From IMG/VR virus record IMGVR_UViG_3300008453_000627: DNA of 64,000 bases. One strand, 5' to 3'. The notes below the pieces were generated by a model. It made no database searches and was not told where the DNA came from. It worked only from the letters and a program-made list of their open reading frames with translations. Within the stretch, counting starts at the first letter, position 1. Every line of letters begins with the position of its first letter. Origin of the DNA: a virus. This document shows, in pieces, positions 60,934 through 64,000 of this stretch. Position numbers and translations under genes: made by a program.

Positions 60934-62089
60934 GGACTTCCTTATCTAAGGGTTGAGTAACTCCGTAGTATACTATCAAATCAACATCAGAGCAATATAC
61001 ATAACTTTTGTTTGATTTAAAACTTGAAGTGAAACTAATTACTGTTTGCGGTTTCCATTGTGATTTTATCATAAATTTTGGTATTTTATTGTTACTAATA
61101 CCTACCACAGTAGTTGTTCCTGTCAAGTCTTTATTGTAAGCTAGTGCATTTATTTCTTGATTGAATTTTTCTGAATCACTTTCTTTATTGTATCTAAAGT
61201 AAATACCAATGTCGTCGCCTAGGTTAAGTTCTTTAACTGCATTTTCAACAAATTTTAGATTTTTTTTATCTTTTAAAGATTGATGACCATCAAAAATTAG
61301 CATCACTGGAAATCTTTTTAAATTTTTAAGAGAAGACATTAGTTCAGTAAATCCAATGTCAGCACCTACAAAAATTTTTCTAGACTCTCTATTTGCAATT
61401 TTGTTTTCTAGGGAATTTTCTTGGATTTTTTGGGTATTTTTGTACTGATACCGAATTTTTCGGTCTTGCAATAATTGCAAGTTTGTTAAGTAATCTTCCC
61501 CTAAACTAGATTTTACTGCATTTTTTGTTTTTTCATTTTTTAAATCAAAAATGTCAAATGGGTCTTTTGTGTTTTTTTGTATTTCTTGAATTTCTTGGAA
61601 AAAATTGGTGATTTTTTCGTCTATTTCGAAATTGTCATTCTTAAAGGCATCGACTACTAACGTTAAATTTTCTTCAGTAAGGTTAATTATATATTTTGAC
61701 CCTGAAGTAACAATGTTACCTTTTAACAAGATGTTAAGTGCTGAAATTTTTTCTCGAAATTTTGTGTTATAACTAAATTCAACCACAAAAGAGTCAGCAG
61801 ATTCGGCTGGGATGTATATTTTTTTGATTTTTTTGATTTCTCTAAAAGACTTCGACCACATTTTTTCTTCTATGACATTTTGCACGTCTGGGATGATGGA
61901 AGTCATTGGTGCTATATTTTCTTTTATGATTTTTATCAAAAGATTTCCTTGATTTTCCGTCAAGAAAACTCCGAAAGTCAGCTGTTTTTCCAAACTTAAC
62001 AAAATACGTTTGTCTTTGTTCGGTATAGCTTGCTGTACTGTCTTAATATTAGCGGCGATAAGGGGTAATAGTGAATCAACTGTAGACAT
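60920..62089 (-). CDS. hypothetical protein
   Basis: 389 aa, Lys/Asn-rich. Confidence 0.5.
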   Translation of the reverse strand: MSTVDSLLPLIAANIKTVQQAIPNKDKRILLSLEKQLTFGVFLTENQGNLLIKIIKENIAPMTSIIPDVQNVIEEKMWSKSFREIKKIKKIYIPAESADSFVVEFSYNTKFREKISALNILLKGNIVTSGSKYIINLTEENLTLVVDAFKNDNFEIDEKITNFFQEIQEIQKNTKDPFDIFDLKNEKTKNAVKSSLGEDYLTNLQLLQDRKIRYQYKNTQKIQENSLENKIANRESRKIFVGADIGFTELMSSLKNLKRFPVMLIFDGHQSLKDKKNLKFVENAVKELNLGDDIGIYFRYNKESDSEKFNQEINALAYNKDLTGTTTVVGISNNKIPKFMIKSQWKPQTVISFTSSFKSNKSYVYCSDVDLIVYYGVTQPLDKEVHAIV

Positions 62090-62098
62090 TGTGCTATT

Positions 62099-62854
62099 TT
62101 ACATTCTTTCAATGTCTTCTTCAACACATATTTCGCCATGTTGAACTTCTAAAATGTGACAAGGTTCAGAAAAATGGTTAAATCCTCGATGCCATACTGA
62201 CTGTCCTATAACGTAGCTATGATTTTGTTTAATAGTATCAATGATAGATTCGTCATGTCTTAATATTTCTACTTGACAGTTGCCTTTTAACACATACCAA
62301 TGTTCAGCTCGGTTAAAATGGCGTTGCATACTCAAGCTTTTTCCAGGTTCTATTACTAATTCCTTAACTTTACATCCTTTTAGGTCATGTAACGTCTTAT
62401 AGTAGCCCCAAGGTCGAATTGTAGTCGGGGCTTGCCATTCTTTTAAGATCCAACTGCTTGAATTTTTCTTATCTTCGCCGCCTACGCCAAACGCAAAACT
62501 TAAACGAGGATCTTGTACCTGCATTTCTGGAATATTTCCTTCAGTTCTATCTCCGCCGTTGGCAAAAATAATCTCATCGTTAGGAAATAACTCTAAAGTT
62601 TCTTTGATAAATGTTCCGCAGCCGTTATCTGGGTCATCAGCTACCATTACGGTCATGTCGACCATTTTTAAATTTCTAATAATTGCATCACGTTCCCAAA
62701 TAGGCAAAAAAGGCCTGCCTTTTTTACGGGCAAGCCATGAGTCTGAGTTAAGGCCTACAATTAGTTTGTCACCTAACTTTTTTGCTGATTCAAAATATGC
62801 AATATGGCCAGAATGTATGGGATCAAACCCTCCGGTGACTAATACTATCTTCAT
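62099..62854 (-). CDS. HldE-domain-II-like nucleotidyltransferase (heptose-1-P adenylyltransferase-like) fused to a C-terminal cupin domain
   Basis: MKIVLVTGGFDPIHSGHIAYFESAKKLGDKLIVGLNSD…ANGGD parallels E. coli HldE C-domain ([30 protein letters not shown]…ANGGE, from memory); C-terminal WGYYKTL…MQRHFNRAEHWYVLKG cupin. Confidence 0.65.
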   Translation of the reverse strand: MKIVLVTGGFDPIHSGHIAYFESAKKLGDKLIVGLNSDSWLARKKGRPFLPIWERDAIIRNLKMVDMTVMVADDPDNGCGTFIKETLELFPNDEIIFANGGDRTEGNIPEMQVQDPRLSFAFGVGGEDKKNSSSWILKEWQAPTTIRPWGYYKTLHDLKGCKVKELVIEPGKSLSMQRHFNRAEHWYVLKGNCQVEILRHDESIIDTIKQNHSYVIGQSVWHRGFNHFSEPCHILEVQHGEICVEEDIERM

Positions 62855-63306
62855 AAACTTGCATCTTCCATACCAGCAACTCGCAATTTAATAATGTTAG
62901 ACAGTTGCCATTGTTTAATATCAAGACCCTTGGTTATACCTAGCCATTTATTACGAAGTAGAGCAAATTCATTTATAATTTTCTCCATATCGATGACATC
63001 TGCTTCACCATCTACATACTTTTCCACATCTCGGGATGTCAATGCACGTTGATAAGTCTCAAGATATTTACGAAACAAAGAACTGCGAAGCCTTCGCAGT
63101 TCAATATTCAAGTATTCTAAAATTGCTTCAATTTCTTGAAGCTGACTAAATCTTTGTTCCACAACACCGGGCATACCGGCAGCTGCCTTTTCTATATTTC
63201 CCGTTATACGAGTATCACTTCTTGCTGCCTGTAATTCGGCTTCGAAGTATGCAACGGCGTCTGGAATATTAGAGATATCCTTAGATACTTTTGTGTACCA
63301 AGACAT
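62851..63306 (-). CDS. hypothetical protein
   Basis: 151 aa. Confidence 0.5.
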   Translation of the reverse strand: MSWYTKVSKDISNIPDAVAYFEAELQAARSDTRITGNIEKAAAGMPGVVEQRFSQLQEIEAILEYLNIELRRLRSSLFRKYLETYQRALTSRDVEKYVDGEADVIDMEKIINEFALLRNKWLGITKGLDIKQWQLSNIIKLRVAGMEDASL

Positions 63307-63560
63307 TAGTCTTCGTCCTCATCAAAGTCCCAATTGTCTTCTGCTTCTGCTTCTTCATCATCTAGACTATCTTGTCCTAGATAATATTCGATTGCATCAT
63401 CTAGTGATTCATCATATCCGATTGAATCCTTTAATGTTTTATCACTAATGCCATGATCTGCCAACAAGTCAACATATCGTTCAGCAAGTGATTCTAGTGT
63501 TTTTTTATCTGCGTATTCTTTAAATAACAGCCAGATATCTGCGATTTGATTCTCATTCAT
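63306..63560 (-). CDS. hypothetical acidic protein
   Basis: 84 aa, D/E-rich tail. Confidence 0.5.
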   Translation of the reverse strand: MNENQIADIWLLFKEYADKKTLESLAERYVDLLADHGISDKTLKDSIGYDESLDDAIEYYLGQDSLDDEEAEAEDNWDFDEDED

Positions 63561-64000
63561 GATTTACAATTTCTCCGGTTTCAGGATCTACATTAGATTG
63601 TACTACGGCCGAGTCGTCGAATTCAAGCATGATTTTGTCCAATCCGCCTTCTTCATTGCGATCCCATTCCTTGCGATACATCTTTAACTCTGTACCATCC
63701 TTAGAAACGTATTTAAGTCTGTTGCCATCTTTTGTGAGGATACCTTTTGCTTCACACAGGTCAACTAATCCGCTGTACGGACTCATACCTGTAGCATAAG
63801 GAATTTCAACTTGAACTGATTCAAAAGGTTTAGCATAACGTGTCTTCATGATCTTACATGCGGCACGAATACCATTTACAGTTGTAGTCTTGTTGCCATC
63901 TGCGTCGGTTTTCAATTTCAATTTACGCATAGCAATAACAATACTAGACGCATAAATGAAACCTTGTCCGCCTGAAATCTTGTCATCTGGATCAAACATA
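63553..64000 (-). CDS. RecA/UvsX-like recombinase, C-terminal part (gene continues beyond window end)
   Basis: ISGGQGFIYASSIVIAMRKLKLK resembles the RecA GGNALKFYASVRLDIRR core-end region; ORF open to the window edge. Confidence 0.5.
   Translation of the reverse strand, partial: MFDPDDKISGGQGFIYASSIVIAMRKLKLKTDADGNKTTTVNGIRAACKIMKTRYAKPFESVQVEIPYATGMSPYSGLVDLCEAKGILTKDGNRLKYVSKDGTELKMYRKEWDRNEEGGLDKIMLEFDDSAVVQSNVDPETGEIVNHE

Noticed and set aside
1-64000. CRISPR arrays or IS elements/transposases
   Set aside because: No spaced identical direct repeats with unique spacers and no transposase-like ORFs are present. The only strict tandem repeats are coding (collagen) or the short promoter/ori repeats described.

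Overview
The window reads as a segment of a T4-like (Tevenvirinae-type) myovirus genome. The clear rIIB and rIIA homologues, gp41-type helicase, gp61-type primase, UvsW-like helicase, a RecA/UvsX C-terminal fragment and a collagen-repeat tail-fibre module support this. Layout: 1-6.6 kb is a minus-strand tail-fibre module. 7-35.7 kb is a long minus-strand block rich in host-like and envelope genes (secreted SNase-like nuclease, YbaN-like, HNH, AlgH/YqgE-like, GDSL+PG-binding+SleB-like lysin, HldD-like epimerase, TctC-like and PstS binding proteins, several lipoproteins, an SPFH protein, rIIA/rIIB, an MTase/helicase pair, two AAA+ ATPases). 35.6-36.9 kb is a repeat-rich strand-switch region with DnaA-box clusters that looks like an origin. 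36.6-48.8 kb is a plus-strand early region of about 40 small ORFs, each behind a near-identical sigma70-type promoter cassette (TTGACA-N17-TATAAT plus a conserved leader), with a 3-tRNA cluster (Leu-TAA, Arg-TCT, Met/Ile-CAT). 49-64 kb is a replication/recombination block (gp41, NodU-type carbamoyltransferase, gp61, UvsW, a HldE-domain-II-like nucleotidyltransferase-cupin fusion, UvsX C-terminus). No CRISPR array and no IS/transposase were seen. Coordinates come from manual reading anchored to the ORF track. Functional calls rest on motif recognition from memory, not on searches.
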